Shown here in pieces: positions 38,901 to 52,970 of a stretch of 64,000 nucleotides of DNA. Location: NCBI RefSeq assembly GCF_009914755.1, contig NC_060934.1; one strand, 5' to 3'. Position numbers and translations under genes: made by a program. This DNA is from the human T2T-CHM13v2.0 reference genome, Homo sapiens. Each line of letters begins with the position of its first letter. Position 1 is the stretch's first letter. The notes beneath the pieces are model-generated. The model had not been told where the DNA came from. It ran no database searches and was given only the letters and a program-made list of their open reading frames with translations.

Positions 38901-41900
38901 GTGCTTTTTTGGACTTCATTGAGACCTTCGTTGGAAACGGGATTTCTTCATATAATGCTAGACAGAAGAATTCTCAGTAAATCCTTTGTGTTGTGTTTAT
39001 TCAACTCACAGAATGGAACCTTCCTTTATTCAGAGCAGTTTTGAAACACTCTTTTTGTGGAATTTGCAAGTGGAGATTTCAAGCGATTTGACGCCAATCT
39101 TAGACATGGAAATATCTTCATATTAAAAGTACACAGAATCATACGTAGAAACTAGTTTGTGATGTGTGCCTTCAACTCACAGAGTTTAACCTTTCTTTTC
39201 ATAGAGCAGTTCGGAAACATTCTATTTGTAAAGTCTGCAAGTGGATATTTGGACCTCTTTGAGTCCTTCGTTGGAAAAGAGATTTCTTCATATAACGCTA
39301 GACAGAAGAATTCTCAGTAACTTCTTTGTGTTGTGTGTATTCAACTCACAGAGTTGAACCTTTCTTTAGAGAGAGCAGAGTTGAAACACTCTTTTTGTGG
39401 AATTTGCTAGTGCAGATTTCAAACGCTTCAAAGACAGTGATAGAAAAGGATATATCTTCGTATTAAAACTAGACAAAATCATTCTCAGAAAACACTTTGT
39501 GATGTGTGTGTTCAACTCACCGAGTTTAACCTTTCTTTAATCGAGCAGTTTGGAAATACACTCTTTGTAAGTCTGCAGGTGGATAATTGGCCCTGCTTGA
39601 GCCCTTCATTGGAAACGGGATTTCCTCATATAATGCTAGACAGAAGAATTCTCAGTAACTTCTTTGTGTTGTTTGTATTCAACTCACAGATTTGAACCTT
39701 CCCTTAGAGAGAGCAGATTTGAAACACTCTGTTTTTGGAATTAGCAAGTGCAGATTTCAAGCGCTTCTAGGCCTATGGCAGAAAAGGAAATATCTTCGTA
39801 TAAAAACTACACAGAATCATTCTCAACAACTACTTTGTGATGTGTGCGTTAAACTCAGAGAGTTTAACCTTTCTTTTCATAGAGCAGTTTGGAAACACTC
39901 TGTTTGTAAAGCCTGCAAGTGCTTTTTTGGACTTCATTGAGGCCTTCGTTGGAAACGGGATTTCTTCATATAATGCTAGACAGAAGAATTCTCAGTCACT
40001 TCTTTGTGTTGTGTGTATTCAAGTCACAGAGTTGAACCTTCTTTTAGACAGAGCAGTTTTGAAAAATTCTTTCTGTGGAATTTGCAAGTGGAGATTTCAA
40101 GCGATTTGAGGCTAATCTTTGAAATGGAAATATCTTCGTGTAAAAACTACACAGAATCATTCTCAGAAACTGCTTTGTTATCTGTGCGTTCAGTTCACAG
40201 AGTTTCGCCTTTCTCTTCATAGAGCAGTTTGGAAAGACTCAGTCTGTAAAGTCCGCAAGTGATTAGTTAGACCCCTTTGAGGCCTTCATTGGAAGCGGGA
40301 TTTCCCATTTACTGCTAGACAGAAGAATTCTCAGTAAATCCTTTGTGTTGTGTGTATTCAACTCACAGAGTGGAACCTTCCTTTATTCAGAGCACTTTTG
40401 AAAAACACTTTTTGTGGAATTTGCAAGTGGAGATTTCAAGCGATTTGACGCCAATCTTAGACATGGAAATATCTTCATATTAAAAGTACACAGAGTCATT
40501 CGTAAAAACTAGTTTGTGATGTGTGCCTTCAACTCACAGAGTTTAACCTTTCTTTTCATAGAGGAGTTGGAAACACTCTATTTGTAATGTCTGCAAGTGG
40601 ATATTTGGACCTCTTTGAGGCCTTCGTTGGAAACGGGATTTCTTCATACAACGCTAGACAGAAGAATTCTCAGTAACTTCTTTGTGTTGTGTGTATTCAA
40701 CTCACAGAGTTGAACCTTTCTTTAGAAAGAGCAGAGTTGAAACACTTTGTTTTTGGAATTTGCAAGTGCAGATTTCAAGCGATTCTAGGCCTATGGCAGA
40801 AAAGGAAATATCTTCGTATAAAAACTACACAGAATCATTCTCAACAACTACTTTGTGATGTGTGCGTTCAACTCACAGAGTTTAACCTTTCTTTTCATAG
40901 AGCAGTTTGGAAACACTCTGTTTGTAAAGCCTGCAAGTGCTTTTTTGGACTTCATTGAGGCCTTCGTTGGAAACGGGATTTCTTCATATAATGCTAGACA
41001 GAAGAATTCTCAGTCACTTCTTTGTGTTGTGTGTATTCAAGTCACAGAGTTGAACCTTCCTTTAGACAGAGCAGTTTTGAAAAATTCTTTCTGTGGAATT
41101 TGCAAGTGGAGATTTCAAGCGATTTGAGGCTAATCTTTGAAATGGAAATATCTTCGTGTAAAAACTACACAGAATCATTCTCAGAAACTGCTTTGTCATC
41201 TGTGCGTTCAGTTCACAGAGTTTCACCTTTCTCTTCATAGAGCAGTTTGGAAAGACTCTGTCTGTAAAGTCTGCAAGTGATTAGTTAGACCCCTTTGAGG
41301 CCTTCGTTGGAAGCGGGATTTCTCATTTACTGCTAGACAGAAGAATTCTCAGTAAATCCTTTGTGTTGTGTGTATTCAACTCACAGAGTGGAACCTTCCT
41401 TTATTCAGAGCAGTTTTGAAACACTCTTTTTGTGGAATTTGCAAGTGGAGATTTCAAGCGATTTGACGCCAATCTTAGACATGGAAATATCTTCATATTA
41501 AAAGTACACAGAGTCATTCGTAGAAACTAGTTTGTGATGTGTGCCTTCAACTCACAGAGTTTAACCTTTCTTTTCATAGAGCAGTTGGGAAACACTCTAT
41601 TTGTAACGTCTGCAAGTGGATATTTGGACCTCCTTGAGGCCTTCGTTGTAAACGGGATTTCTTCATATAACGCTAGACAGAAGAATTCTCAGTAACTTCT
41701 TTGTGTTGTGTGTATTCAACTCACAGAGTTGAACCTTTCTTTAGAGGGAGCAGAGGTGAAACAGTCTTTTTGTGGAATTTGCTAGTGTAGATTTCAAACG
41801 CTTCGAAGTCAGTGATAGAAAAGGATATATCTTCGTATTAAAAGTAGACAAAATCATTCTCAGAAAACTCTTTGTGATGTGTGTGTTCAACTCACAGAGT

Positions 41901-44484
41901 TTAACCTTTCTTTAATCGAGCAGTTTGGAAATACACTCTTTGTAAGTCTGCAGGTGGATATTTGGCCCTCTTTGAGCCCTTCTTTGGAAACGGGATTTCC
42001 TCTTATAATGCTAGACAGAAGAATTCTCAGTAACTTCTCTGTGTTGTTTGTATTCAACACACAGATTTGAACCTTCCTTTAGAGAGAGCAGATTTGAAAC
42101 ACTCTGTTTTTGGAATTTGCAAGTGCAGATTTCAAGCACTTCTAGGCCTATGGCAGAAAAGGAAATATCTTCGTATAAAAACTACACAGAATCATTCTCA
42201 ACAACTACTTTGTGATGTGTGCGTTCAACTCACAGAGTTTAACCTTTCTTTTCATGGAGCAGTTTGGAAACACTCTGTTTGTAAAGCCTGCAAGTGCTTT
42301 TTTGGACTTCATTGAGGCCTTCGTTGGAAACGGGATTTCTTCATACAACGCTAGACAGAAGAATTCTCAGTAACTTCTTTGTGTTGTGTGTATTCAACTC
42401 ACAGAGTTGAACCTTTCTTTAGAGGGAGCAGAGGTGAAACACTCTTTTTGTGGAATTTGCTAGTGTAGATTTCAAACGCTTCGAAGACAGTGATAGAAAA
42501 GGATATATCTTCGTATTAAAAGTAGACAAAATCATTCTCAGAAAACTCTTTGTGATGTGTGTGTTCAACTCACAGAGTTTAACCTTTCTTTAATCGAGCA
42601 GTTTGGAAATACACTCTTTGTAAGTCTGCAGGTGGATATTTGGCCCTCTTTGAGCCCTTCGTTGGAAACGGGATTTCCTCATATAATGCTAGACAGAAGA
42701 ATTCTCAGTAACTTCTTTGTGTTGTTTGTATTCAACACACAGATTTGAACCTTCCTTTAGAGAGAGCAGATTTGAAACACTCTGTTTTTGGAATTTGCAA
42801 GTGCAGATTTCAAGCGCTTCTAGGCCTATGGCAGAAAAGGAAATATCTTCGTATAAAAACTACACAGAATCATTCTCAACAACTACTTTGTGATGTGTGC
42901 GTTCAACTCACAGAGGTTAACCTTTCTTTTCAGAGAGCAGTTTGGAAACACTCTGTTTGTAAAGCCTGCAAGTGCTTTTTTGGACTTCATTGAGGCCTTC
43001 GTTGGAAACGGGATTTCTTCATACAACGCTAGACAGAAGAATTCTCAGTAACTTCTTTGTGTTGTGTGTATTCAACTCACAGAGTTGAACCTTTCTTTAG
43101 AGAGAACAGAGTTGAAACACTCTGTTTTTGGAATTTGCAAGTGCAGATTTCAAGCGATTCCAGGCCTATGGCAGAAAAGGAAATATCTTCGTATAAAAAC
43201 TACACAGAATCATTCTCAACAACTACTTTGTGATGTGTGCGTTCAACTCACAGAGTTTAACCTTTCTTTTCATAGAGCAGTTTGGAAACACTCTGTTTGT
43301 AAAGCCTGCAAGTGCTTTTTTGCACTTCATTGAGGCCTTCGTTGGAAACGGGATTTCTTCATATAATGCTAGACAGAAGAATTCTCAGTCACTTCTTTGT
43401 GTTGTGTGTATTCAAGTCACAGAGTTGAACCTTCCTTTAGACAGAGCAGTTTTGAAAAATTCTTTCTGTGGAGTTTGCAAGTGGAGATTTCCAGCGATTT
43501 GTGGCTAATCTTTGAAATGGAAATATCTTCGTGTAAAAACTATACAGAAGCATTCTCAGAAACTGCTTTGTCATCTGTGCGTTCAGTTCACAGAGTTTCA
43601 CCTTTCTCTTCATAGAGCAGTTTGGAAAGACTATGTCTTTAAAGTCTGCAAGTGATTAGTGAGACCCCTTTGAGGCCTTCGTTGGAAGCGGGATTTCTCA
43701 TTTACTGCTAGACAGAAGAATTCTCAGTAAATCCTTTGTGTTGTGTGTATTCAACTCACAGAGTGGAACCTTCCTTTATTCAGAGCAGTTTTGAAAAACA
43801 CTTTTTGTGGAATTTGCAAGTGGAGATTTCAAGCTATTTGACGCCAATCTTAGACATGGAAATATCTTCATATTAAAAGTACACAGAGTCATTCGTAGAA
43901 ACTAGTTTGTGATGTGTGCCTTCAACTCACAGAGTTTAACCTTTCTTTTCATAGAGCAGTTTGGAAACACTCTGTTTGTAAAGCCTGCAAGTGCTTTTTT
44001 GGACTTCATTGAGGCCTTCGTTGGAAACGGGATTTCTTCATACAACGCTAGACAGAAGAATTCTCAGTAACTTCTTTGTGTTGTGTGTATTCAACTCACA
44101 GAGTTGAACCTTTCTTTAGAGAGAGCAGAGTTGAAACACTCTGTTTTTGGAATTTGCAAGGGCAGATTTCAAGCGATTCTAGGCCTATGGCAGAAAAGGA
44201 AATATCTTCGTATAAAAACTACACAGAATCATTCTCAACACCTACTTTGTGATGTGTGCGTTCAACTCACAAAGTTTAACCTTTCTTTTCATAGAGCAGT
44301 TTGGAAACACTCTGTTTGTAAAGCCTGCAATTGCTTTTTTGGACTTCATTGAGGCCTTCGTTGGAAAGGGGATTTCTTCATATAATGCTAGACAGAAGAA
44401 TTCTCAGTAAATCCTTTGTGTTGTGTGTATTCAACTCACAGAGTGGAACCTTCCTTTATTCAGAGCAGTTTTGAAACACTCTTT
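36000..44484 (+). repeat. 8485-bp (25 dimers, 50 monomers) macro-repeat, copy 1
   Basis: Every ORF from 36278 to 44083 recurs at +8485. The irregular dimer order and rare SNVs/indels are shared. Boundaries are approximate (about +/-100 bp). Confidence 0.95.
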
Positions 44485-47400
44485 TTGTGGAATTTGCAAG
44501 TGGAGATTTCAAGCGATTTGACGCCAATCTTAGACATGGAAATATCTTCATATTAAAAGTACACAGAGTCATTCGTAGAAACTAGTTTGTGATGTGTGCC
44601 TTCAACTCACAGAGTTTAACCTTTCTTTTCATAGAGCAGTTTGGAAACACTCTATTTGTAAAGTCTGCAAGTGGATATTTGGACCTCTTTGAGGCCTTCG
44701 TTGGAAACGGGATTTCTTCATACAACGCTAGACAGAAGAATTCTCAGTAACTTCTTTGTGTTGTGTGTATTCAACTCACAGAGTTGAACCTTTCTTTAGA
44801 GAGAGCAGAGTTGAAACACTCTGTTTTTGGAATTTGCAACTGTAGATTTCAAGCGATTCTAGGCCTATGGCAGAAAAGGAAATATCTTCGTATAAAAACT
44901 ACACAGAATCATTCTCAACAACTACTTTGTGATGTGTGCGTTCAACTCACAGAGTTTAACCTTTCTTTTCATAGAGCAGTTTGGAAACACTCTGTTTGTA
45001 AAGCCTGCAAGTGCTTTTTTGGACTTCATTGAGGCCTTCGTTGGAAACGGGATTTCTTCATATAATGCTAGACAGAAGAATTCTCAGTCACTTCTTTGTG
45101 TTGTGTGTATTCAAGTCACAGAGTTGAACCTTCCTTTAGACAGAGCAGTTTTGAAAAATTCTTTCTGTGGAATTTGCAAGTGGAGATTTCAAGCGATTTG
45201 AGGCTAATCTTTGAAATGGAAATATCTTCGTGTAAAAACTACACAGAATCATTCTCAGAAACTGCTTTGTCATCTGTGCGTTCAGTTCACAGAGTTTCAC
45301 CTTTCTCTTCATAGAGCAGTTTGGAAAGACTCTGTCTGTAAAGTCTGCAAGTGATTAGTTAGACCCCTTTGAGGCCTTCGTTGGAAGCGGGATTTCTCAT
45401 TTACTGCTAGACAGAAGAATTCTCAGTAAATCCTTTGTGTTGTGTGTATTCAACTCACAGAGTGGAACCTTCCTTTATTCAGAGCAGTTTTGAAACACTC
45501 TTTTTGTGGAATTTGCAAGTGGAGATTTCAAGCGATTTGACGCCAATCTTAGACATGGAAATATCTTCATATTCAAAGTACACAGAGTCATTCGTAGAAA
45601 CTAGTTTGTGATGTGTGCCTTCAACTCACAGAGTTTAACCTTTCTTTTCATAGAGCAGTTGGGAAACACTCTATTTGTAAAGTCTGCAAGTGGATATTTG
45701 GACCTCTTTGAGGCCTTCGTTGGAAACGGGATTTCTTCATATAACGCTAGACAGAAGAATTCTCAGTAACTTCTTTGTGTTGTGTGTATTCAACTCACAG
45801 AGTTGAACCTTTCTTTAGAGGGAGCAGAGGTGAAACACTCTTTTTGTGGAATTTGCTAGTGTAGATTTCAAACGCTTCGAAGACAGTGATAGAAAAGGAT
45901 ATATCTTCGTATTAAAAGTAGACAAAATCATTCTCAGAAAACTCTTTGTGATGTGTGTGTTCAACTCACAGAGTTTAACCTTTCTTTAATCGAGCAGTTT
46001 GGAAATACACTCTTTGTAAGTCTGCAGGTGGATATTTGGCCCTCTTTGAGCCCTTCGTTGGAAACGGGATTTCCTCATATAATGCTAGACAGAAGAATTC
46101 TCAGTAACTTCTTTGTGTTGTTTGTATTCAACACACAGATTTGAACCTTCCTTTAGAGAGAGCAGATTTGAAACACTCTGTTTTTGGAATTTGCAAGTGC
46201 AGATTTCAAGCGCTTCTAGGCCTATGGCAGAAAAGGAAATATCTTCGTATAAAAACTACACAGAATCATTCTCAACAACTACTTTGTGATGTGTGCGTTC
46301 AACTCACAGAGTTTAATCTTTCTTTTCATAGAGCAGTTTGGAAACACTCTGTTTGTAAAGCCTGCAAGTGCTTTTTTGGACTTCATTGAGGCCTTCGTTG
46401 GAAACGGGATTTCTTCATATAATGCTAGACAGAAGAATTCTCCGTCACTTCTTTGTGTTGTGTGTATTCAAGTCACAGAGTTGAACCTTCTTTTAGACAG
46501 AGCAGTTTTGAAAAATTCTTTCTGTGGAATTTGCAATTGGAGATTTTAAGCGATTTGAGGCTAATCTTTGAAATGGAAATATCTTCGTGTAAAAACTACA
46601 CAGAATCATTCTCAGAAACTGCTTTGTTATCTGTGCGTTCAGTTCACAGAGTTTCACCTTTCTCTTCATAGAGCAGTTTGGAAAGACTCTGTCTGTAAGT
46701 CTGCAAGTGATTAGTTAGACCCCTTTGAGGCCTTCGTTGGAAGCGGGATTTCTCATTTACTGCTAGACAGAAGAATTCTCAGTAAATCCTTTGTGTTGTG
46801 TGTATTCAACTCACAGAGTGGAACCTTCCTTTATTCAGAGCAGTTTTGAAAAACACTTTTTGTGGAATTTGCAAGTGGAGATTTCAAGCGATTTGACGCC
46901 AATCTTAGACTTGGAAAAATCTTCATATTAAAAGTACACAGAGTCATTCGTAGAAACTAGTTTGTGATGTGTGCCTTCAACTCACAGAGTTTAACCTTTC
47001 TTTTCATAGAGCAGTTTGGAAACACTCTGTTTGTAAAGTCTGCAAGTGCATATTTGGACCTCTTTGAGGCCTTCGTTGGAAACGGGATTTCTTCATACAA
47101 CGCTAGACAGAAGAATTCTCAGTAACTTCTTTGTGTTGTGTGTATTCAACTCACAGAGTTGAACCTTTCTTTAGAGAGAGCAGAGTTGAAACACTCTGTT
47201 TTTGGAATTTGCAAGTGCAGATTTCAAGCGATTCTAGGCCTATGGCAGAAAAGGAAATATCTTCGTATAAAAACTACACAGAATCATTCTCAACAACTAC
47301 TTTGTGATGTGTGCGTTCAACTCACAGAGTTTAACCTTTCTTTTCATAGAGAAGTTTGGAAACACTCTGTTTGTAAAGCCTGCAAGTGCTTTTTTGGACT

Positions 47401-50400
47401 TCATTGAGACCTTCGTTGGAAACGGGATTTCTTCATATAATGCTAGACAGAAGAATTCTCAGTAAATCCTTTGTGTTGTGTTTATTCAACTCACAGAATG
47501 GAACCTTCCTTTATTGAGAGCAGTTTTGAAACACTCTTTTTGTGGAATTTGCAAGTGGAGATTTCAAGCGATTTGACGCCAATCTTAGACATGGAAATAT
47601 CTTCATATTAAAAGTACACAGAATCATACGTAGAAACTAGTTTGTGATGTGTGCCTTCAACTCACAGAGTTTAACCTTTCTTTTCATAGAGCAGTTCGGA
47701 AACATTCTATTTGTAAAGTCTGCAAGTGGATATTTGGACCTCTTTGAGTCCTTCGTTGGAAAAGAGATTTCTTCATATAACGCTAGACAGAAGAATTCTC
47801 AGTAACTTCTTTGTGTTGTGTGTATTCAACTCACAGAGTTGAACCTTTCTTTAGAGAGAGCAGAGTTGAAACACTCTTTTTGTGGAATTTGCTAGTGCAG
47901 ATTTCAAACGCTTCAAAGACAGTGATAGAAAAGGATATATCTTCGTATTAAAACTAGACAAAATCATTCTCAGAAAACACTTTGTGATGTGTGTGTTCAA
48001 CTCACCGAGTTTAACCTTTCTTTAATCGAGCAGTTTGGAAATACACTCTTTGTAAGTCTGCAGGTGGATAATTGGCCCTGTTTGAGCCCTTCATTGGAAA
48101 CGGGATTTCCTCATATAATGCTAGACAGAAGAATTCTCAGTAACTTCTTTGTGTTGTTTGTATTCAACTCACAGATTTGAACCTTCCTTTAGAGAGAGCA
48201 GATTTGAAACACTCTGTTTTTGGAATTAGCAAGTGCAGATTTCAAGCGCTTCTAGGCCTATGGCAGAAAAGGAAATATCTTCGTATAAAAACTACACAGA
48301 ATCATTCTCAACAACTACTTTGTGATGTGTGCGTTAAACTCAGAGAGTTTAACCTTTCTTTTCATAGAGCAGTTTGGAAACACTCTGTTTGTAAAGCCTG
48401 CAAGTGCTTTTTTGGACTTCATTGAGGCCTTCGTTGGAAACGGGATTTCTTCATATAATGCTAGACAGAAGAATTCTCAGTCACTTCTTTGTGTTGTGTG
48501 TATTCAAGTCACAGAGTTGAACCTTCTTTTAGACAGAGCAGTTTTGAAAAATTCTTTCTGTGGAATTTGCAAGTGGAGATTTCAAGCGATTTGAGGCTAA
48601 TCTTTGAAATGGAAATATCTTCGTGTAAAAACTACACAGAATCATTCTCAGAAACTGCTTTGTTATCTGTGCGTTCAGTTCACAGAGTTTCGCCTTTCTC
48701 TTCATAGAGCAGTTTGGAAAGACTCAGTCTGTAAAGTCCGCAAGTGATTAGTTAGACCCCTTTGAGGCCTTCATTGGAAGCGGGATTTCCCTTTTACTGC
48801 TAGACAGAAGAATTCTCAGTAAATCCATTGTGTTGTGTGTATTCAACTCACAGAGTGGAACCTTCCTTTATTCAGAGCACTTTTGAAAAACACTTTTTGT
48901 GGAATTTGCAAGTGGAGATTTCAAGCGATTTGACGCCAATCTTAGACATGGAAATATCTTCATATTAAAAGTACACAGAGTCATTCGTAAAAACTAGTTT
49001 GTGATGTGTGCCTTCAACTCACAGAGTTTAACCTTTCTTTTCATAGAGGAGTTGGAAACACTCTATTTGTAATGTCTGCAAGTGGATATTTGGACCTCTT
49101 TGAGGCCTTCGTTGGAAACGGGATTTCTTCATACAACGCTAGACAGAAGAATTCTCAGTAACTTCTTTGTGTTGTGTGTATTCAACTCACAGAGTTGAAC
49201 CTTTCTTTAGAGAGAGCAGAGTTGAAACACTTTGTTTTTGGAATTTGCAAGTGCAGATTTCAAGCGATTCTAGGCCTATGGCAGAAAAGGAAATATCTTC
49301 GTATAAAAACTACACAGAATCATTCTCAACAACTACTTTGTGATGTGTGCGTTCAACTCACAGAGTTTAACCTTTCTTTTCATAGAGCAGTTTGGAAACA
49401 CTCTGTTTGTAAAGCCTGCAAGTGCTTTTTTGGACTTCATTGAGGCCTTCGTTGGAAACGGGATTTCTTCATATAATGCTAGACAGAAGAATTCTCAGTC
49501 ACTTCTTTGTGTTGTGTGTATTCAAGTCACAGAGTTGAACCTTCCTTTAGACAGAGCAGTTTTGAAAAATTCTTTCTGTGGAATTTGCAAGTGGAGATTT
49601 CAAGCGATTTGAGGCTAATCTTTGAAATGGAAATATCTTCGTGTAAAAACTACACAGAATCATTCTCAGAAACTGCTTTGTCATCTGTGCGTTCAGTTCA
49701 CAGAGTTTCACCTTTCTCTTCATAGAGCAGTTTGGAAAGACTCTGTCTGTAAAGTCTGCAAGTGATTAGTTAGACCCCTTTGAGGCCTTCGTTGGAAGCG
49801 GGATTTCTCATTTACTGCTAGACAGAAGAATTCTCAGTAAATCCTTTGTGTTGTGTGTATTCAACTCACAGAGTGGAACCTTCCTTTATTCAGAGCAGTT
49901 TTGAAACACTCTTTTTGTGGAATTTGCAAGTGGAGATTTCAAGCGATTTGACGCCAATCTTAGACATGGAAATATCTTCATATTAAAAGTACACAGAGTC
50001 ATTCGTAGAAACTAGTTTGTGATGTGTGCCTTCAACTCACAGAGTTTAACCTTTCTTTTCATAGAGCAGTTGGGAAACACTCTATTTGTAACGTCTGCAA
50101 GTGGATATTTGGACCTCCTTGAGGCCTTCGTTGTAAACGGGATTTCTTCATATAACGCTAGACAGAAGAATTCTCAGTAACTTCTTTGTGTTGTGTGTAT
50201 TCAACTCACAGAGTTGAACCTTTCTTTAGAGGGAGCAGAGGTGAAACACTCTTTTTGTGGAATTTGCTAGTGTAGATTTCAAACGCTTCGAAGTCAGTGA
50301 TAGAAAAGGATATATCTTCGTATTAAAAGTAGACAAAATCATTCTCAGAAAACTCTTTGTGATGTGTGTGTTCAACTCACAGAGTTTAACCTTTCTTTAA

Positions 50401-52970
50401 TCGAGCAGTTTGGAAATACACTCTTTGTAAGTCTGCAGGTGGATATTTGGCCCTCTTTGAGCCCTTCTTTGGAAACGGGATTTCCTCTTATAATGCTAGA
50501 CAGAAGAATTCTCAGTAACTTCTCTGTGTTGTTTGTATTCAACACACAGATTTGAACCTTCCTTTAGAGAGAGCAGATTTGAAACACTCTGTTTTTGGAA
50601 TTTGCAAGTGCAGATTTCAAGCACTTCTAGGCCTATGGCAGAAAAGGAAATATCTTCGTATAAAAACTACACAGAATCATTCTCAACAACTACTTTGTGA
50701 TGTGTGCGTTCAACTCACAGAGTTTAACCTTTCTTTTCATGGAGCAGTTTGGAAACACTCTGTTTGTAAAGCCTGCAAGTGCTTTTTTGGACTTCATTGA
50801 GGCCTTCGTTGGAAACGGGATTTCTTCATACAACGCTAGACAGAAGAATTCTCAGTAACTTCTTTGTGTTGTGTGTATTCAACTCACAGAGTTGAACCTT
50901 TCTTTAGAGGGAGCAGAGGTGAAACACTCTTTTTGTGGAATTTGCTAGTGTAGATTTCAAACGCTTCGAAGACAGTGATAGAAAAGGATATATCTTCGTA
51001 TTAAAAGTAGACAAAATCATTCTCAGAAAACTCTTTGTGATGTGTGTGTTCAACTCACAGAGTTTAACCTTTCTTTAATCGAGCAGTTTGGAAATACACT
51101 CTTTGTAAGTCTGCAGGTGGATATTTGGCCCTCTTTGAGCCCTTCGTTGGAAACGGGATTTCCTCATATAATGCTAGACAGAAGAATTCTCAGTAACTTC
51201 TTTGTGTTGTTTGTATTCAACACACAGATTTGAACCTTCCTTTAGAGAGAGCAGATTTGAAACACTCTGTTTTTGGAATTTGCAAGTGCAGATTTCAAGC
51301 GCTTCTAGGCCTATGGCAGAAAAGGAAATATCTTCGTATAAAAACTACACAGAATCATTCTCAACAACTACTTTGTGATGTGTGCGTTCAACTCACAGAG
51401 GTTAACCTTTCTTTTCAGAGAGCAGTTTGGAAACACTCTGTTTGTAAAGCCTGCAAGTGCTTTTTTGGACTTCATTGAGGCCTTCGTTGGAAACGGGATT
51501 TCTTCATACAACGCTAGACAGAAGAATTCTCAGTAACTTCTTTGTGTTGTGTGTATTCAACTCACAGAGTTGAACCTTTCTTTAGAGAGAACAGAGTTGA
51601 AACACTCTGTTTTTGGAATTTGCAAGTGCAGATTTCAAGCGATTCCAGGCCTATGGCAGAAAAGGAAATATCTTCGTATAAAAACTACACAGAATCATTC
51701 TCAACAACTACTTTGTGATGTGTGCGTTCAACTCACAGAGTTTAACCTTTCTTTTCATAGAGCAGTTTGGAAACACTCTGTTTGTAAAGCCTGCAAGTGC
51801 TTTTTTGCACTTCATTGAGGCCTTCGTTGGAAACGGGATTTCTTCATATAATGCTAGACAGAAGAATTCTCAGTCACTTCTTTGTGTTGTGTGTATTCAA
51901 GTCACAGAGTTGAACCTTCCTTTAGACAGAGCAGTTTTGAAAAATTCTTTCTGTGGAGTTTGCAAGTGGAGATTTCCAGCGATTTGTGGCTAATCTTTGA
52001 AATGGAAATATCTTCGTGTAAAAACTATACAGAAGCATTCTCAGAAACTGCTTTGTCATCTGTGCGTTCAGTTCACAGAGTTTCACCTTTCTCTTCATAG
52101 AGCAGTTTGGAAAGACTATGTCTTTAAAGTCTGCAAGTGATTAGTGAGACCCCTTTGAGGCCTTCGTTGGAAGCGGGATTTCTCATTTACTGCTAGACAG
52201 AAGAATTCTCAGTAAATCCTTTGTGTTGTGTGTATTCAACTCACAGAGTGGAACCTTCCTTTATTCAGAGCAGTTTTGAAAAACACTTTTTGTGGAATTT
52301 GCAAGTGGAGATTTCAAGCTATTTGACGCCAATCTTAGACATGGAAATATCTTCATATTAAAAGTACACAGAGTCATTCGTAGAAACTAGTTTGTGATGT
52401 GTGCCTTCAACTCACAGAGTTTAACCTTTCTTTTCATAGAGCAGTTTGGAAACACTCTGTTTGTAAAGCCTGCAAGTGCTTTTTTGGACTTCATTGAGGC
52501 CTTCGTTGGAAACGGGATTTCTTCATACAACGCTAGACAGAAGAATTCTCAGTAACTTCTTTGTGTTGTGTGTATTCAACTCACAGAGTTGAACCTTTCT
52601 TTAGAGAGAGCAGAGTTGAAACACTCTGTTTTTGGAATTTGCAAGGGCAGATTTCAAGCGATTCTAGGCCTATGGCAGAAAAGGAAATATCTTCGTATAA
52701 AAACTACACAGAATCATTCTCAACACCTACTTTGTGATGTGTGCGTTCAACTCACAAAGTTTAACCTTTCTTTTCATAGAGCAGTTTGGAAACACTCTGT
52801 TTGTAAAGCCTGCAATTGCTTTTTTGGACTTCATTGAGGCCTTCGTTGGAAAGGGGATTTCTTCATATAATGCTAGACAGAAGAATTCTCAGTAAATCCT
52901 TTGTGTTGTGTGTATTCAACTCACAGAGTGGAACCTTCCTTTATTCAGAGCAGTTTTGAAACACTCTTTT
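44485..52970 (+). repeat. 8485-bp macro-repeat, copy 2 (direct tandem)
   Basis: ORFs 44763 to 52568 match copy 1. I see only about a dozen differences by eye. Confidence 0.95.
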
